Origin: Raillietiella orientalis
Taxonomy: Eukaryota
Assembly: GCA_036172245.1 (NCBI GenBank)
Contig: JAYWIR010000027.1
Location: 2,108,001-2,172,000, forward strand
Direction: 5' to 3'
Length of the DNA: 64,000 nucleotides
Shown: positions 24,557 to 39,684 of the stretch, in pieces
How positions within the stretch are numbered: the stretch's first letter is position 1
Layout of the letters: each line of letters starts with the position of its first letter
The notes under the pieces: generated by a model
Told to the model about the DNA's origin: nothing
Database searches by the model: none
What the model saw: only the letters and a program-made list of their open reading frames with translations
Program-made: the position numbers and the translations under genes

Positions 24557-27500
24557 TCACAACTCCGTGACCACAGTTTGGTAAATTGCTGGTGCTGGTT
24601 TGGTGAATTCACCAATGTGCCAGGAAGACAACTGATCAGGCTTTTTATGCACTTCATTTGGTTCACTAGGTTTACTGGAAGAATCAACTTGTGCAAGATG
24701 TTTTGCTTCCTCTGGAGTTTGACCTTGAGTAGGAGTGGAGGTGGAATTTGGAGTAAAAGGATTGAAGGGATTGAAGAAATCAAACAAGCGATTTGGCACT
24801 GGAGATCCTAAAGTTTGCTTTTCCACTTTTCCTTGCTCAGTTTGTGAGAAATGAGTAACAGTCACAGGCTGGCTTGGTTCAAGCACAGGAGTAGGATCAG
24901 ATGGATCATCATTGAAGTAGTTCATGAGTGGTGATGATTCAGACCCCAACTGCAGTGTCAATACGTCTCCTCCCTACATTGTGCATTGGAGAAAAAACTT
25001 GCATAAACAGGAGGCACTATCATACACACCACAGCTAGAAAGGTGGCTGCAGCATTTCCATTGCATACCGGTTCCGTTTGAGGCACAATACTCTTCTCAG
25101 AGTCAGTTGCATTGCTCTTCTTCAATTCCTCCTCAACTTTGGCTGAAGAATTTGTTTAATATTTGAAATGCATCCCTATTAGTTATATATCACCTTTCCA
25201 AATATTGCACTTCATCTGATCTGGTGGAATGGGCTTTGGAACATTGCCACATGCTGACAGCTTGGTTTGGTTATTGGGGATACAATTTGCAGATGATTTG
25301 GACTTCTCTTCTGGTTTGGGGGTTGCTGAATTTTCGATTCCAGAAGGTTTTACAGACAGAGAGACCAGGCACTCAGGAGTAGGGCTTGAGCTGATACTCC
25401 CAGGTAACTTTTCCATGCAAGAATCATTCTGTAGGTTTCGAATCAAATTATCAAGACGTTCTTCTGCTGAAGATTCTAATGGGACTAATCATCAATGCAA
25501 ATGGTGTTTCAGCAAGCTGGCTAACTGACCTGATTTTGTGGTCAGGCTGTTGGCCATTTTTCCTTGATCCAAACCTACAACACTACCCAAAGGAGAAGAA
25601 CAACTAGTGTCTGTTTCTGAAGAAGGTACAGAAGTTTCTTCAGTGCTTTCCTTAAAACCAACCAACATGCTCGGATCACCATTTTCCTTGGGGCTTAATG
25701 AATGGGCTTTTTCTCGTTCTGATAGCATGTGACTCTCACGACGAGCAAATCTTTGGCTTGGACGTCTTTCAAATTGCACAGTTCGACGTGTTCTATTTGT
25801 ATGAGTGGTTTGAAACTCCGTACGCCCACTGAAAAGATGCATTTCATGAGAGGGAGAAATGAAACTCTGCCCACCTGTAACGGAACCGGGAGCCCATCCG
25901 GAAGAAATTTTGTCTTGCTGTTGGTGCTCTTACAGGTCCTTTTAAGCGGAAAAATGCATGGTGTTCTACAGCACATTTCCAAAGATGCTTACTAGCCTTA
26001 GGGTTATGCATACTAAGAAGATTTAATGTATACAGGTTATGTTCTGCTCACCGGAATACAAACGTGTGTTCTTGCTCTCTACCTTCATCATCATCCTCTA
26101 CAACAACCACAGTAAGGTTTTTCCGCTTAAAATTCAATTTGCTAATTTTTGGCCTGAAAGCAAAGCTTGAAATAAAAGACTTGAGAATTCATCAAATCAC
26201 CAGAGGAATAATCCAATTTTTTGCTTTTTCTCAAATACCAAAATGCCAGTAGGTGTTAAACCCAAAAGATATGCATTACCATCTTTTCCCTATGGGCACA
26301 AAACTATAAGCTTTAGTTGTGATTTCACTCACAAGTACAGTGTGCATATCAACTCCATACATATCCAACCATTTCGCTTTATTTAAATACTGCATCTCTG
26401 CTTCAGCTGGTGACTGACCTCTAATGAGACGCTGTACAACCTTGATGTTTAGGTTCATAACAACCTGCATTTTTTGAATTGTTCCAAAATGTCTACTTCC
26501 ATTTGTTCAGTTTGATCTGGAGCAAAACGGAACTCTGATACAAATGCTGCTGTATGCACATTTTCTTCATAGTCCCCCAATTCCGCTACAAAAATTGTCA
26601 TTGGACATGGAGCTTTAACAGTAATTAGCCTTACATTGCAATGCAAGAGCTGCTAATTCCACTGTAGATTGATAAGGGCACTCTAGCTTGCCATCAAGTA
26701 TGTCCTGTTTGAGTTGTAAGAAGAACTGATACCTGCAAAATTAATTTTCCTATCTAAAAGACCAAAATTTGTTTGCTATGCATTCTTGTTGTATGTGCAC
26801 GCTTGGATGCACATGCAAACAAGGAACCCAAAAATCACACTAATAGGTGTAAAAAATCGGAATATATGTACATTTCATGGAAGAAGAAGGAAAAAAAACA
26901 TGATTCTGTCATGCTGTCACTGAACATGCAGATTGAGAACTTGTTACAGTATTATTTTCAGCATTTGGATTTGATCAGAGTTTTATGGGAGCATTGTGTA
27001 ATCTCTTTTACCATGCTATTGCCCAGGAGCATTGAGACGTTTCATAATAAATAAACGGAATTTGTGCGAATATGTTTTTATGCTACTCACCTTGTTAATT
27101 CCTCCCTTAAATGGTTTGGCTCTGACGAATAAAACTTCACTTTCAGCTTAAAAGTATATGGTGGACCAACTAAAACACCATTACTTTGAATGAACAACAT
27201 TACTAAGCATATAGGAACACAAAACAGCAAACAAGGATGCTGATAGTTGTAAGAAGTATTTATTTAGAAGGAAACATAATTGTAAGCACACAAAAAGCAC
27301 ACAGAGTACCTCTGTTGAACCAAAGTGACAGACAGAGGTAAAAAAGCAGGTGAGCCATAAACAGCATATCACATCTAAATCCATATCTATTTTCCAGTTC
27401 AGTTATTAGAAGTAATCTGGATCATTGTATAAAAAAAAGTAGAAATATATCAAGTTTACAATGACAAAACTGAACTTACTCTTCACTTGTTTTTTAATTT

Positions 27501-27880
27501 TTTTAGTTGGGTCCAGCCAATACTGCAATGAACATGAATGAAGTGTTTGAAAACCACTTCTACTTACTTGTATGTGGGCAGCATCCGTGAACTGTAGCCC
27601 AAAATAGTCTTTTTCTATCAAATCCAGGGAATAAAATACGTGTTCGTACAGTTCCTGTGCAAATGCCTTCTTCTGTGATAATTGATAATTTCACATTAGT
27701 ATCAATTGAACATCTGATAAAACTTACTCCCAACTCAAATGAAAGATCGGTACCATCTAAAACTATTACTTTGCACAATATAGTTTTATTGGGTTTCAGA
27801 CTAGTTGAATTTGGTTGCACTTTTGCGAATGAATTCTTTTCAGGAACTCTTCCCTTCCGTTTGCTAAACAGTTTAATCAT
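24557..27880 (-). CDS. EPB41L5: FERM-FA protein, yurt / band 4.1-like 5 (EPB41L5/EPB41L4B family)
   Basis: The spliced FERM domain reads [11 protein letters not shown]...[13 protein letters not shown]...[53 protein letters not shown]...[11 protein letters not shown]...[13 protein letters not shown]. The FA region reads GSRFRYSGRTEFQ...FERRPSQRF. The C-terminus is the PDZ-ligand VVTEL*, typical of Yurt/EPB41L5. Confidence 0.9.
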
Positions 27881-30800
27881 GTCTAACTAATTGAAGTAAC
27901 TTTTTCATTCTTTCCTAATTTGGATACCACCTAAAAATTGACATAATTAAGCTCTTTAGTTACTCAGCGGCTCTATCTTCATATGCCTACTGATGATCAG
28001 AGAAAATGAGAATTGTACTTTTTATCATAGCGTGTAAAGAAGTTTTATTCTGTGGATAAGGCTGCAGTCAGATTATGATGCGGTGTGGACGGTATGTGTG
28101 TACCTACAAATGTTTCGTACATTACGAGGTCGTATTGTTTACATTTCCCAATTCTGTACGGGCGAAATTTGATGCCGCAAAAGCGGAAACAATCCGGCAA
28201 TTCCGTGGTTTTCGACCGTATTTGCACAAGACACGTTTTAAACATTCTTTCGTGAACACATTGGAATCCCTGGGTTCATAATTTTTCTTAAAAAAACACA
28301 CACAAAAAAAACTTTTTATTGAAGCTCATGCCAACCGTTAAACTGAATGAGGAAATAGCGTTACGTACCTCACCTAGAGAATCCCCGATCGATTTCAGTT
28401 TCCAAAATCTCGGGCTCGGGAGATTGAGATTTTTATTTTCGGTTTGCTTCTACACAAACAAATGAAAAACGGGATGATACGTTATCATTTCCGAGCGTAA
28501 CCTTGACGAGTTTTCATCATTGTCATCAAACCGCCGATGGCATTGAAATCCATTCACCTTTGCAGGTAGATGCGAATTGATTGCACCTCACGATCGTGAA
28601 CTTTAGCGTTGTTGTGTACAACATCGGGCAGGCAAACGGTGTGTGCCCACCCCGGACAGTTTCCCTCCCTGGGACCTGCTCCCGGAAGTGGCCATGGAAA
28701 AGGGAAGACCCATCGTTCGACGGAAATTCGAAAAATCCCCGCTGCCCGGTCCATTTTTCCTGAATACGTGGAAAGGAGTTTCGAGTTACGGCCATCTTCA
28801 GCAGACGCAGGATTTTGGAATCGCCGCTACGATGCCACCGTTATGTGAAATTCGACATCACAGAAATTCGAGTTTTTCGATCCGCAGTGTTCCGTGTGAT
28901 CAGCACGAAAATCTTTCGTGTTGTCTGTTTGCTTTTCGTTTTTTTTTTTTTTTTTTTTTTGCCAGTTATTCATGGAAGCAACGTGAACTTAGCAACCGGC
29001 GTATCCGTTTCTCGTTACCATACCCACATGACCACCTAGGCGCAACCTCTTTCAAATGTAGGCAGAGTGACCTATTACTGACGAATTCGTTACCTGCTTC
29101 CATAGGAAGAACATTCCTTCAATACAATTAGGTCAAAGAAATTATGAAATAAGCAATGAACAATTCTGTGAAAGCATCCCCGCATTATTTTAACGAAACA
29201 GCTATGTGCTGTGGTGAAACCTTTCACCATCCTGCATTGCGTTATTCTCTTTCCATACAGACTGAGATGCAGCATCTGCTCAACCAAGTATCATTTCATT
29301 CCAACATTTTCCATTCCAGGAGAGTATTTTGCATGTCTTTTTTTTTTTTTTTTGGCTCCTGCAACAACACTAGCTGTCGTGATTTCAAGAGCCCATCTGT
29401 GTTCTGTCCTTTGTGAAGAATTAACAGCATTGCTGACAGGAAATGGAACCAAAATAAGGACCAATATGCACAGCTCTTTCGCTTGAAAAGTTTCACTGCT
29501 TTGGAGAAGAAATGCATTTTCAGTACTCACGGATACTTTTTCATATGCCGAAAAATTTTACAGCCGGAGAATCCTATATCAATCAGATCTTTTTTTCCTA
29601 TCGCCTTCAATGCTTCTTTAATGATCCGATGATACAGTGATGAGCTCACTGTTTCAGATTTGGATTTTTTGTGAATTGCATGGGTTTCAAAATTTTTTGG
29701 TAAGTTTTTTTGGGTAGTCATTTTTGATAAGTTACCATAAACAGTTCTAGAGCTTTAATACATATTGATGATTTTCATGCTCAAGTACCTCATTTACTGT
29801 AAACGCAATCTGACAAATAACCTGCTCATACATCAGATCATCAGATAATACGTTAGTTATGTATCAATTGATATGGGATGCGTTATGATCCGACTTCAGA
29901 TGTGATGCCTGTGAATTGCTGAAGAAAATAGCTAAGATTTGGAGAAAAAAAAAAACAAAAAATGCATTCAGTGTATTTCATGTGCTCAGTGTCTGACACC
30001 AATCAAGTCATTTCGTAGTATGATTTTCAGCTGCAGCTCATACACATCGTTGTCTGTATTTCGCAAAATTCAATTTTCCCTCTTTTTGAGTTTTTCGTTC
30101 TGGGTGAAATCAATAAAACTTCAGAGCAAATTTACATTTCGAAAGTAAAATTATTTCGCGAGCTCTGAGCTGAAAAGCCAGGAACGTGATTTAAAAAAAC
30201 ATCAGCTGTTTTGTCGAGAATGGCTGAAGACGTTTTCTGCACCTCTGATGGCAACACCGCGTTTGCATTTAAGTGTCCCCTCGTTGAATGGATAAGAAGA
30301 ATCGTAAGTTTTGACACGGAATGACAAACGATACCTTTCTTTTTTTTTTCTTTTTTTTTTCAACAAAAAGTTGAGAAATTTCAACTGTCTGAAGTTTATA
30401 AATATCTAGTTCCAATAACTTTTGGTTGTTCAAGTCCGTGCTGAATACACTATTCCTAATATGAATTATCGTTCCATTTTTTCATTAATTAATACCCGTA
30501 TTAATTAGATTGGTGTTTCCGATGCTCCATGTCCATCATGATTACGATCGCATAATTGCAATGGGCTGATGCGTTTTACTCAGTCGTTTCCTCTGTTTTC
30601 AAATTATTGTAATGAAACGCTCCCAATGCATTGAATACCAAAAGTATTCGTATGTACATATATAATATTACCACTGGGGTGTGCGTCAACAAAATCAATG
30701 AAAAATAGTAAAACTTCACCTGTAGAAAGATGTTTGTTTTTGTATGTGAGTCCACCTTCATTTACATTTCTAATGCATGAACTCCGTCAAAGGTAGATTC

Positions 30801-31449
30801 ATTCATCTTGACCCATTTAATGACTATCCGAAATGCATTCCTTGTTGGAGTAATCCAAGATACTAATGCAAGCCCCATGGATTCCTGATCTACAAGATGA
30901 ATTTATCTCCATAAAACATCGGTATTCCAGGTGTTGCATGGCAATCCCCCTCCCCCCGGCACGCAACCACAGCTAGAAACCAATCGATGCCTGCTTGATG
31001 CTGCTGCACGCATCTTGTGCACTTCCTGTTTCCGTAAACAACTAACAAATATTTTCTTCCGAAAACAGATTTGTGGTAATTGACTGTGCATCATTTGGAT
31101 ATTCTTGCAACTACTCCGACTTGTGCATTAATTTAAAAAAAAAAAACACATATCTGACTGGCGCCTCTCTCCCCCCTTTTCTTGCTTCGGTTCTTCTGAT
31201 ATGCAAAGAATCGGGTCGCATCCACAAATATTGATCTCGCTACTGCTCTCCGTCCTCTGGCTCCTTTTTTAACAAGTAGGCTCTTCCCGTTCTCTTGCGT
31301 TCGCTCGTCTTTCCCAGCTTTCCCTCCCCCAATAATTGATGCGGCCATTTAATATCTCCGTTCCATGTCTTCCCTGATAATCACCGTCGTTCGTGACCTG
31401 ATTGCTAATTGAACTGTGATCTTTCAAAACTGAGTTCAGGAATCCATAA

Positions 31450-33500
31450 TTCGTTTGAGTCGATCTAAACCCAAGACGTGCTTGCGAGGTTACAGGTGAT
31501 CCAGGCACGGTACACGGAAGTGTATCCCTGCAGAGTTTCATACGATTCGGTGTCCCCTCATCTCTGCGGGATGGGCTACCACGCGAAAACTCCGAGGTCA
31601 CTCGGAGCCAGAACTCGCCGCGAGTGCAACAGTTTTGGCCCCGGGACCTGGCTGGTCAGCGTGCCGACAGCGTGCGGACGGATGGGTGGCTCTCCCAGTG
31701 GCGCGCGTCCTGTAGGTCGCGGTTCTCATTGGTTCGTAGTCTGCGAGCGCTCGCCGCCATACCAACGGCTGGTTCTTGAGATCCGCATACCAACCGGAAG
31801 GCAACTGCGTTTTGGCGCCGGGTTCGGGGGGAAGCGTGTTCGAGTGCGCCTTGCGCTGCGCAAAACGGCTCTCGGTGCAAGATAAGCGGCGGAGATAGTG
31901 ATAGTGCGGGGCTGGATGGGATAACGATGACAGCGAAAAACAATCACGGAGCGGAATGCCGTCCAGCAGAATCGGGAAAGGAACTTTCAGGCTTCAGCGA
32001 GCGAAACGTCCTTCCGGACTGCTTCGAAAGGAGGCGCAGCACTACCGGACTCTTGGTGGGCGCGCAGCAGACTGGACTTCGCTTGGGTCCACTGGAGCGC
32101 CGCTTCTCACGCCCGGAAATGAGCTGAGATAAACGGGTCCGCCGCGGGTTTCGAAAAAAGGCAGTCGGGAGAGCGCCCTCACGAGAGACGTTGGCGAACA
32201 GCGATGACTGCCAGCCACCGCGTCAAGGAAAGCGGCGAGAGTGCGATCCGGGCAGATCGAGCATCCGCTGACCACGGGTAGCCGTAAAGTCCCCTGGAGT
32301 TCTCTTGCGGTCCTTCGAAGAGGGCCTGCTGCTGTTCTTGGTGGAAGGCCAGATTGAGCGCTGGTCCTGCGTCCCGGAGAGGAAGCCGGGAGGCTTTCTC
32401 CAGTTTCACGGTAGGAGAAGATTGGTGTTTCATTGGCGGGGTGACTTAGGGAAACGCGGAAACTGCACAAGCTGCAGTGCCGTCAGCACAATACGAGTGA
32501 ATTTTCTTGTAACCACGGCTATCCCTTTTCCGGAGACGGTTGCCATCTCTAGCGGCAGGAAAGCCGCAAAGCTGGTGTGACAGGAGCGCAGCGTTCCAGG
32601 AAGCGAACAGAGGCGGAGGCCATGCAAAGATCCCGCGGCGACATAGATCTTGGCAGCTGCACGCAGAACCGGCGATGCGCGCCGTGGTCACATTCTACGG
32701 CGAGTGAGAGGGGGTGGCGCACTTCCCTTTCTCCCCCTTAATCCCCAAGGACTCGACCTTTGCCATGGAGAGGGAGGAAGACAGGAAAAGGAATGAGAGA
32801 GGGGAGCGAGGAGCACAGAATCCCTGGATGTTCCGGAAACCGCAAGGATGCAACGCGAGGCCACGGCTACGACCTCCTGAAGTATTCTCTAGAAACTCGG
32901 ATCAGATAAGGTGACCGACTCAGGACACCCTTTTTCTCCCGTCATTCTGGCGACAGAGACGCCCCTTCCTGGCAAGGAGTATGGGAAGAGGAGTCTGTAG
33001 CGCGGCGGAGGCTCCTTCTAGGAGAGGAGAAAAGGGAACGATAATCCTCCTTGGCATCATTCGGTATCCCTCCTTCCTGCGAGTGTCGAAAATAACCTTC
33101 GGCCTAGGAGTGAAGGGGGTCAGCACCTATCCCAGGTCCAGACTGGAGTGCCTCCCTTGCTGCTTCTGCGAATCTTCTGAATTGGAGGAGAGTCGGTGAG
33201 TCTAGGCGAGGAAGGGCAGCAGGAATGCTCTTAGGATGCCGAAGGGTCGGCAGGAGCGGCCCTCCACCCCGAGCATAGCCCTTTCCAGTCCTCCCCCCAT
33301 CAGAATGGACTTACATCCGGTGAAGAGGAACGGAAATAAGCACAACTGGATTCTGCGGTCGCCGCTCGTCCTCCATCCCCTCACATCCACCTCCTTTCCT
33401 CCCTCATGCGACGAACACGCGTAACGGAACACCCCTCCGCTTTCCGAGATTCCCGCCCTGGTCTCCCGGGAAACCTCTTTCCTTGACCCCCGCGTTCCGG
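31450..33500 (+). mobile_element. decayed CR1/L2-type LINE ORF2 relic
   Basis: GC-rich block with ordered weak relics on +: EEGLLLFLVEGQIERWSCVPERK (G..P..WK.A.V.P..K-like), SVPGSE (GVPQGS-like), PRSRLECLPCC (VRP.LEY-like), IALSSPPPIRMDL (L.SL..RR.R.DL-like). Confidence 0.3.
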
Positions 33501-34130
33501 AAAAGGGTTTGGCGAAGTCGCTTGCCAATGATCCGTCTGCTCTCCTCCCTCTTTCGCTCCTCTCCCCTAAGGCAGCCGCCACCACGCCGTGCATGTTCCC
33601 TGACACACCACGTGGCAGCGCGCTTCCGGCGAAAGCGAACTGCAACAGCGTTGAGAGCGGGAGACGCCCCCTCTTTTGTCACTTCCTTGGCGAGGAAATC
33701 GGGACAGCAAGGGCATGGCCTGAACAGTCCGTGGGGCTCGCCGGGGACTGGAACAATGACCTTCCCTTCCTTCCTGCCATCCAAACTCCTTTACTTTTGT
33801 ACTTGTACTGACACATACTCCCTGCTCCTCGTGACAACTCCATAATCTTCCCCCTGAGCGAACCGCACACAAAGAGTGGGCTCCCACATCCGGTCGGAAG
33901 TTTCCTCCCTACTCCGCATATTTGTTTGCTCTGGCGTGCAGGCGCAAACCGATCTCCCTCTCCCTTAGGAAATGCGCGCAGGCGCGAAGTCACCACGGCA
34001 CAAGGAAAACGTGTGCCCCCACTAGCGACCTATCTTGCACCCTAGTTCGCTCCACAAAAAGGAAATCGCCCCTCTTCCTTTCCTTTTCCGCCCACGTTAA
34101 GGGCGGACTGCTTCCTCTCTCTGCTGCAAA

Positions 34131-34329
34131 AGGAGGGCAGCAGGAGAAAAGGGGCAGGGAGAGGGGGAATCCGGGAGACGAGCGGCTGCAGGTGGGCAGA
34201 CGCTTCGCGGGCCATCGGGCCAATTTCGAAGCGCATTCACGGCGCTTCCATATGGAAAAAGTGACCACCTGCAGACGCTCATCTCGCGGATTCCCCCTCT
34301 CCCTGCCCCTTTTCTCCTGCTGCCCTCCT
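34131..34329. repeat. 68-bp inverted repeat with 63-nt loop (foldback/MITE-like hairpin)
   Basis: 34131-34198 is the reverse complement of 34262-34329 with 4 mismatches. The loop contains smaller stems (cgcttcg/cgaagcg; ttccatatggaa). Confidence 0.9.
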
Positions 34330-37300
34330 GAAGTGACCAACAGGAGAGGGGGTCCGTGAAGCACGAGGCGGCGGGAAAACGCCGGGACTTAAAAGCAGAC
34401 GGAGGAGGCCTCGGGTAGCCGAGTTCAAGGGGTCTCGCGAGAGAGAACCTTCCTTACCGGGGGCACACCCCTAGGCGGGATAGAACTCTCGTTAACTGTG
34501 TGCGAATGTCGCGCGTTGCACGGGGAAAACAAAGCTTCCTCCCTCCCAGTTTCTACAATGATCGCCTACAGATTTATTTTAAGTAAAACTTTCCCGATGT
34601 AAACCCAAGTTTGCACTACGAATGCGTGCAACCCTTGTAGATCACAGGCGATAAAAAACGAATCGCGTTGAAAGAGTCAAAAGTAGGCTGTCACCTTCCC
34701 CTCCGGGAAACGGGAAGCGTGCATGCGACCGAAGGCCTTAGAGAGGGGAGAGGTGAAATTTGCGTGCATTCATGAAATATGTACACGTGCCTGTGGAAAA
34801 CGCACGTTCACGGCGTACGTTCTCATCTCTCTCTCTCTTTTCAATGATAAGCGTTGTACCAACTGGCGGTAAACAAACAGTCCGAAGCAACTCATTACAC
34901 CGATGCATGCGCATCAAGCATCTCACGTGTCTAGCCTTTCACGCTTTCTTCGAGTGGTGCCTTCTTGCGCGGGAGAATCTTCGCAGACTCCGTAACCAGG
35001 GCTACCCGCAGGTTTTTTTTTTTTTTTTTGAGGAGGGGGGGGGGGGCGTCTGCGGATTTTCGAATCCCAAGTTTTTGCAGAACCGTTGCAGGGGAAAGCA
35101 CGGCGTGGCCACTACCAGCACTGCAAGCGCTTCTTTCCGCTTGCGGGTCCGTTTCCTTAAGCAAAGTAAATCGCGAACTAATACTTTGAAAATTTCGGTT
35201 GACACAGCCAATGGCTCTAAATCATCACAAACACAGAAGGGAAAAAACTCTCGCGCTTCGGCTCCGAAAACCGAGAAAACAAGCGATTCTCGAGAGAATC
35301 CACGCTTTTCCAAAGTTCTGTTCAGAAAATAATTCGGTGGATTGAGTCGAGTGGTTCGTATTTAAAAATGCATACTTTAGTGAGAAAAAGTCATCATTCT
35401 GTCCCTACAAATACCTGCGAAAATTTCCCGCATGTTTTTTGTTGACTCGGCAAAGGAAGTCAGGTATGTGGTCCACTAAAACAAAAACATAGGATGATAA
35501 AGTATGACAGTGAACCTTAGGAGCGTGCGCATCTCTTTTCGTTACAGATCTTCTGAAAGATGGAATTGATATGCAAAAGCATGAATTCCTTGAAAGTTTT
35601 CATTGCCAACACGCTACCTTAGAAGAAATTCATTAGATTCACAGTTACAGATTTCACAGCAGTCTTGCAGGGTTGCAGTCGAACACGAAAATTAAAACAA
35701 AAATCTCTGTTGGGGATGGAGTGAAGATGTTTCCTTCTTTAGGCAATGGAAGAGTTGAAACAGTTTTTTCCTTTTAGGTATCTGCAGAACGCAGTTTGTT
35801 TCTTCATCCTGAAACTGCTCAGAAACACATTTGGAATTGGGCTATTGAATAAAGCATTTCTAAAATTCATTCCCAGATATTATCGGTAATTACCCTTTAC
35901 CCATGACCGAACATTTTTGCATTACTACTGGTGCGATTTGCTCGTTTCAAGTGCATTTCTTATCGCAAACGTATTGAATACATCCACTCATCAGAATTTT
36001 GATATTCTTTCCTTCCTCGATTATTTTCCTCTGCATTTGTTTATAAGCGTCGTCGTATTTTTTGACAAAATTTTTTAATAAAAGTGCTTTCAACAAAACA
36101 TGGAAACATTGCTTTTTCCATGACTGCGCTAAATCCGCGTTTCTCTCACATGATAAGTTATGTAGCTGTGTATCTTGATGTCGTGAAGTTATTGTAAAGG
36201 ATTTCGTGATTAATAGAATGAGTCTTCAGTCCTCGAAAATGTTTTCGTAGCAAACATTAATCATCTACACATGCAAACCGTAGATGAAAACGAATTCTTT
36301 TAAAGTATACAAAAGCAATTATTACCTCACATAAGCATCTCAGAAACGAAAGAAATTTCTATTTCTAATGAATATTTGACCAAGAGAGAATTCTCTTGGT
36401 TTATCGTGAAATGGAAACCTTAAGGTTCTGCTGCATTAATGTGAATTTGATATTATTTCCCGTGTCAACAGAAATTCGCATGATATTCAATGTTTAAAAT
36501 TATTTTTTTCATAGCACGAGCACGGGAGAGAGAATTAAATTCATGTTACATGCAATAACGATTATAATGAAAGTTAACAGCCTCTTTTGGATTGAAGATA
36601 AATTCTTTTGGAAGTAGCATCAGATGTCCTCGACTTCCATTTTATCCTTCCACATAAGCGAAATGGTCTGCTTAATTTATATAAAAAAAAAAATTACCGT
36701 TATCGTGGAAAAAACGAAATAGTAATCTACCAAATCGAGCATGGTTCATGGTTTTTGTTAAGAGTTCAAGTAGACTCAGATCGCATGCCGATAACAAGTC
36801 AGAAAAATGAGAACATAAACGATCGGTCGAATTTGCATCATAGGTCAAATGTAATACATAGCCCCAACTTTTCGAACGACTACGTTATGTACGTTACTTT
36901 TTAAAAGTCCTGACAGCTCACAAGTTGTAGTGAAACCCCTGAGCTTTCACTGCCTGACATGATTTATTACAGGAAATTCACAAAATAGCTATCCGCGAAG
37001 TGTACTACTAGCTACAGGCATTAATTTTTCGAGGTGAAGTTGGCTACTCTTTTTCGTTTCAAGGCGGAGGTAGCTGCGAACTCGGGAAAAAAAGACTGCC
37101 CTTAGAATAAAAGTTTATAAAACTGCCGACTTGTAATTTGTTTTTTCAATCAGCCTTGCAGATGCCAGAGAAATCTTGGAACGACGCGTACTTCGTGGAG
37201 GGAACAGAATATGGCGCGTTTCCCTTTCAGCTAGGAGTCGCGGAACAAATCAGCGAAACAGATGGGGGGCGCACTGCAAGGATTCTCAAGCAGGAGGAGC

Positions 37301-37851
37301 CCTACGAGAGCAAACGCAGGTCCCCACACAACCTTGCTTGTGCAAACAACGAGCGAGAGCACCAGCTGATTTCACTGAATTTTTCGGTAGCTCTCTCATG
37401 GCATACGCTGCGGTCCTGATCCAGTTTTCATTAATGTCACTTTCCATATAACCACACTTTCCAAATTGTGAAACAGAATTTTAGAATCGCTTGACTTTCT
37501 CGTTAACATGACTAAGATCATTTAGAATACTTCTCATTTATGTAAGCAAGTCTCAACCTGTTCTAACCGACGTACATATGCAGGATTACCTTTAAGGTTA
37601 TTAAACAATATTGATGGCAAACCAAGTAGGGCAAGTTTCATAGAAAAAACACATACAAAAAACTGCATCTCAACGATGCAATATGCAACACTTAGATCAT
37701 TCACCAGTTCACTAAATAACATTTATTAAAAATCGTTATTTAACTGTGATTATAAAAAATATCTGTATTGACACTCCAAATATATGTATTTGAGATTCGA
37801 CTGATTTGGTCACTTGCTGAGATCAGATGAAAAACACTTCAGGCAAGTAGT

Positions 37852-39684
37852 TTATGTAACTGCGGGAAAATAGTCATTTTGTATTGAATTCCTAGTTTGC
37901 CTAGCAGGTGTGCAGTCTTTTTGTTCATTTAAATTGTTTGTCATATTTGTCAGATTTTGACAAAGTTCTGGATGATACTGTTGTAAGCGTACATGCCATG
38001 CAATACTGGTAACAGCAGAAACGGTACGAAATTGATGCACAATATTGCGTGGTAAAAAATAAATATCATTGTCACAGAGTTGAATTCGAGAATAACGCAC
38101 TCCATCTCGATGCAACTGATTAAGTTTGGCATCGTCCAACCACTGCAAACACTGAGACATAGGTGGCTCATGCAAATCTAATTTTAATTTCTCTGCCACA
38201 TATTGAAAATCAGCTGCATGGAATGCAACCACATCTTTGACTACACGATTCAAACCAGGGTGAGCTTCTTTGGCATAAATAGCCTTGAGAATTCCTATTA
38301 ATCAAATATAACTGCAACGTACATAATTTCTTATACTGACCGCAAGCAGCAGTAGTACGTCTATCTGGACCATGATCCACATGATCAGCATGCGCTCGGG
38401 TACGATCTTCAACAAACACTTCTCTAGGTTCTGATGTTCGGGGAAGATACTGAAGATTCTTTAGCTCATTCACGCCAGTTTTTCTTCTCTTCAAAGGAGA
38501 ACGTAATGGATCTGCAGGTGGAATCATCTGTTCACCAGGGCGAACCCACAAAATAGGGCCATCATTTGAAAAATTGGGTGAAATTCTCAAGGCAGATAGG
38601 TTACCCCAAGGCATGACCTGAAAAACTTGCATGCTAGCAACTCGAAGTAATAGCCAACCTCTTTCAAGAATGGGTTCTCTTCAATAAGTGCCAGCAAGTC
38701 TGGAAAATAACCTCCAACTTCTTCATGTACTGTTCCTACTAAACTGAGCTGGTGCAAGGGACCATGACGAAAAGTGCCAGCACTGTAGCTGTTGCAAACA
38801 TTTTCATAGTAACTCTTGAGTGTGTTAGTTTCAATGTCTGAAGGTCTTCCTAACACCCCACTCTTCACTATCAAATCAGGATGGCGACTCGCAAGATACT
38901 GAAGAAAGTCTGGAAGTCGTGCTGCAGCACCATGAACAACGCCTAGCACATACCCAGCATGCCCGGAAGCATCTTCCTGGAACAGTTCCTAAGACACAAT
39001 ATCCATTGTCAGCTACATCAAGTACTCACCTGGAAGAATTCCTTCACCAAGTGCTCTAATTGGGATTGTTTCAAACATGAGATTTCTCGCTGATAGATGT
39101 GGATAACCGATGCTCCCCCATTTGGATATACATCCACATGCATAAAATGACCATACCTGCGCCTCATTACTGAAGGTGGGAGAGACAGACACAGAGGACG
39201 CAGAATAGCCCATTTTTGTTTTATAGTAGGACATAAAATAGCATGTGCTTTATCCCGACGACACTGGACTCCAATATTGGCTCTTTTGATTCTAAATGGA
39301 CGTTGGCATTTGGAACACCTCCGAGTCAGCTTCAATTTTCTAGTTTACATGCTACAAATATAAATAACAATTTACCTTTTCTATGTTGATATCATCATTA
39401 CAATCAGCTTCCACATTACCATCAGATAAAATCTTTGGAACGTTTCCTGACAAACCATTGCTAACTGAGACATTCGTTGTTGCATTTTGGGCACAAGTAG
39501 AGTTTTGCACCATTGAGCTGAAGAAAATACTATGAATTATTAATGCACCAACATACCTGGTATCAGAAGAAATGAGCAGATAAGTTCTCTGTCCTAAACT
39601 TGTTGTTTCTTCCTCTCCTTGGGCTAGATTTGCTTTCAGTGTTTGAAAAGCAGAATCTTCAGGCTGAGTCCCAGGCATATCCAT
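37852..39684 (-). CDS. RSBN1: RSBN1/RSBN1L-like (KDM9) lysine demethylase
   Basis: Motifs: [150 protein letters not shown]. The true 5' end may lie further upstream, towards ~43.2 kb. Confidence 0.9.
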
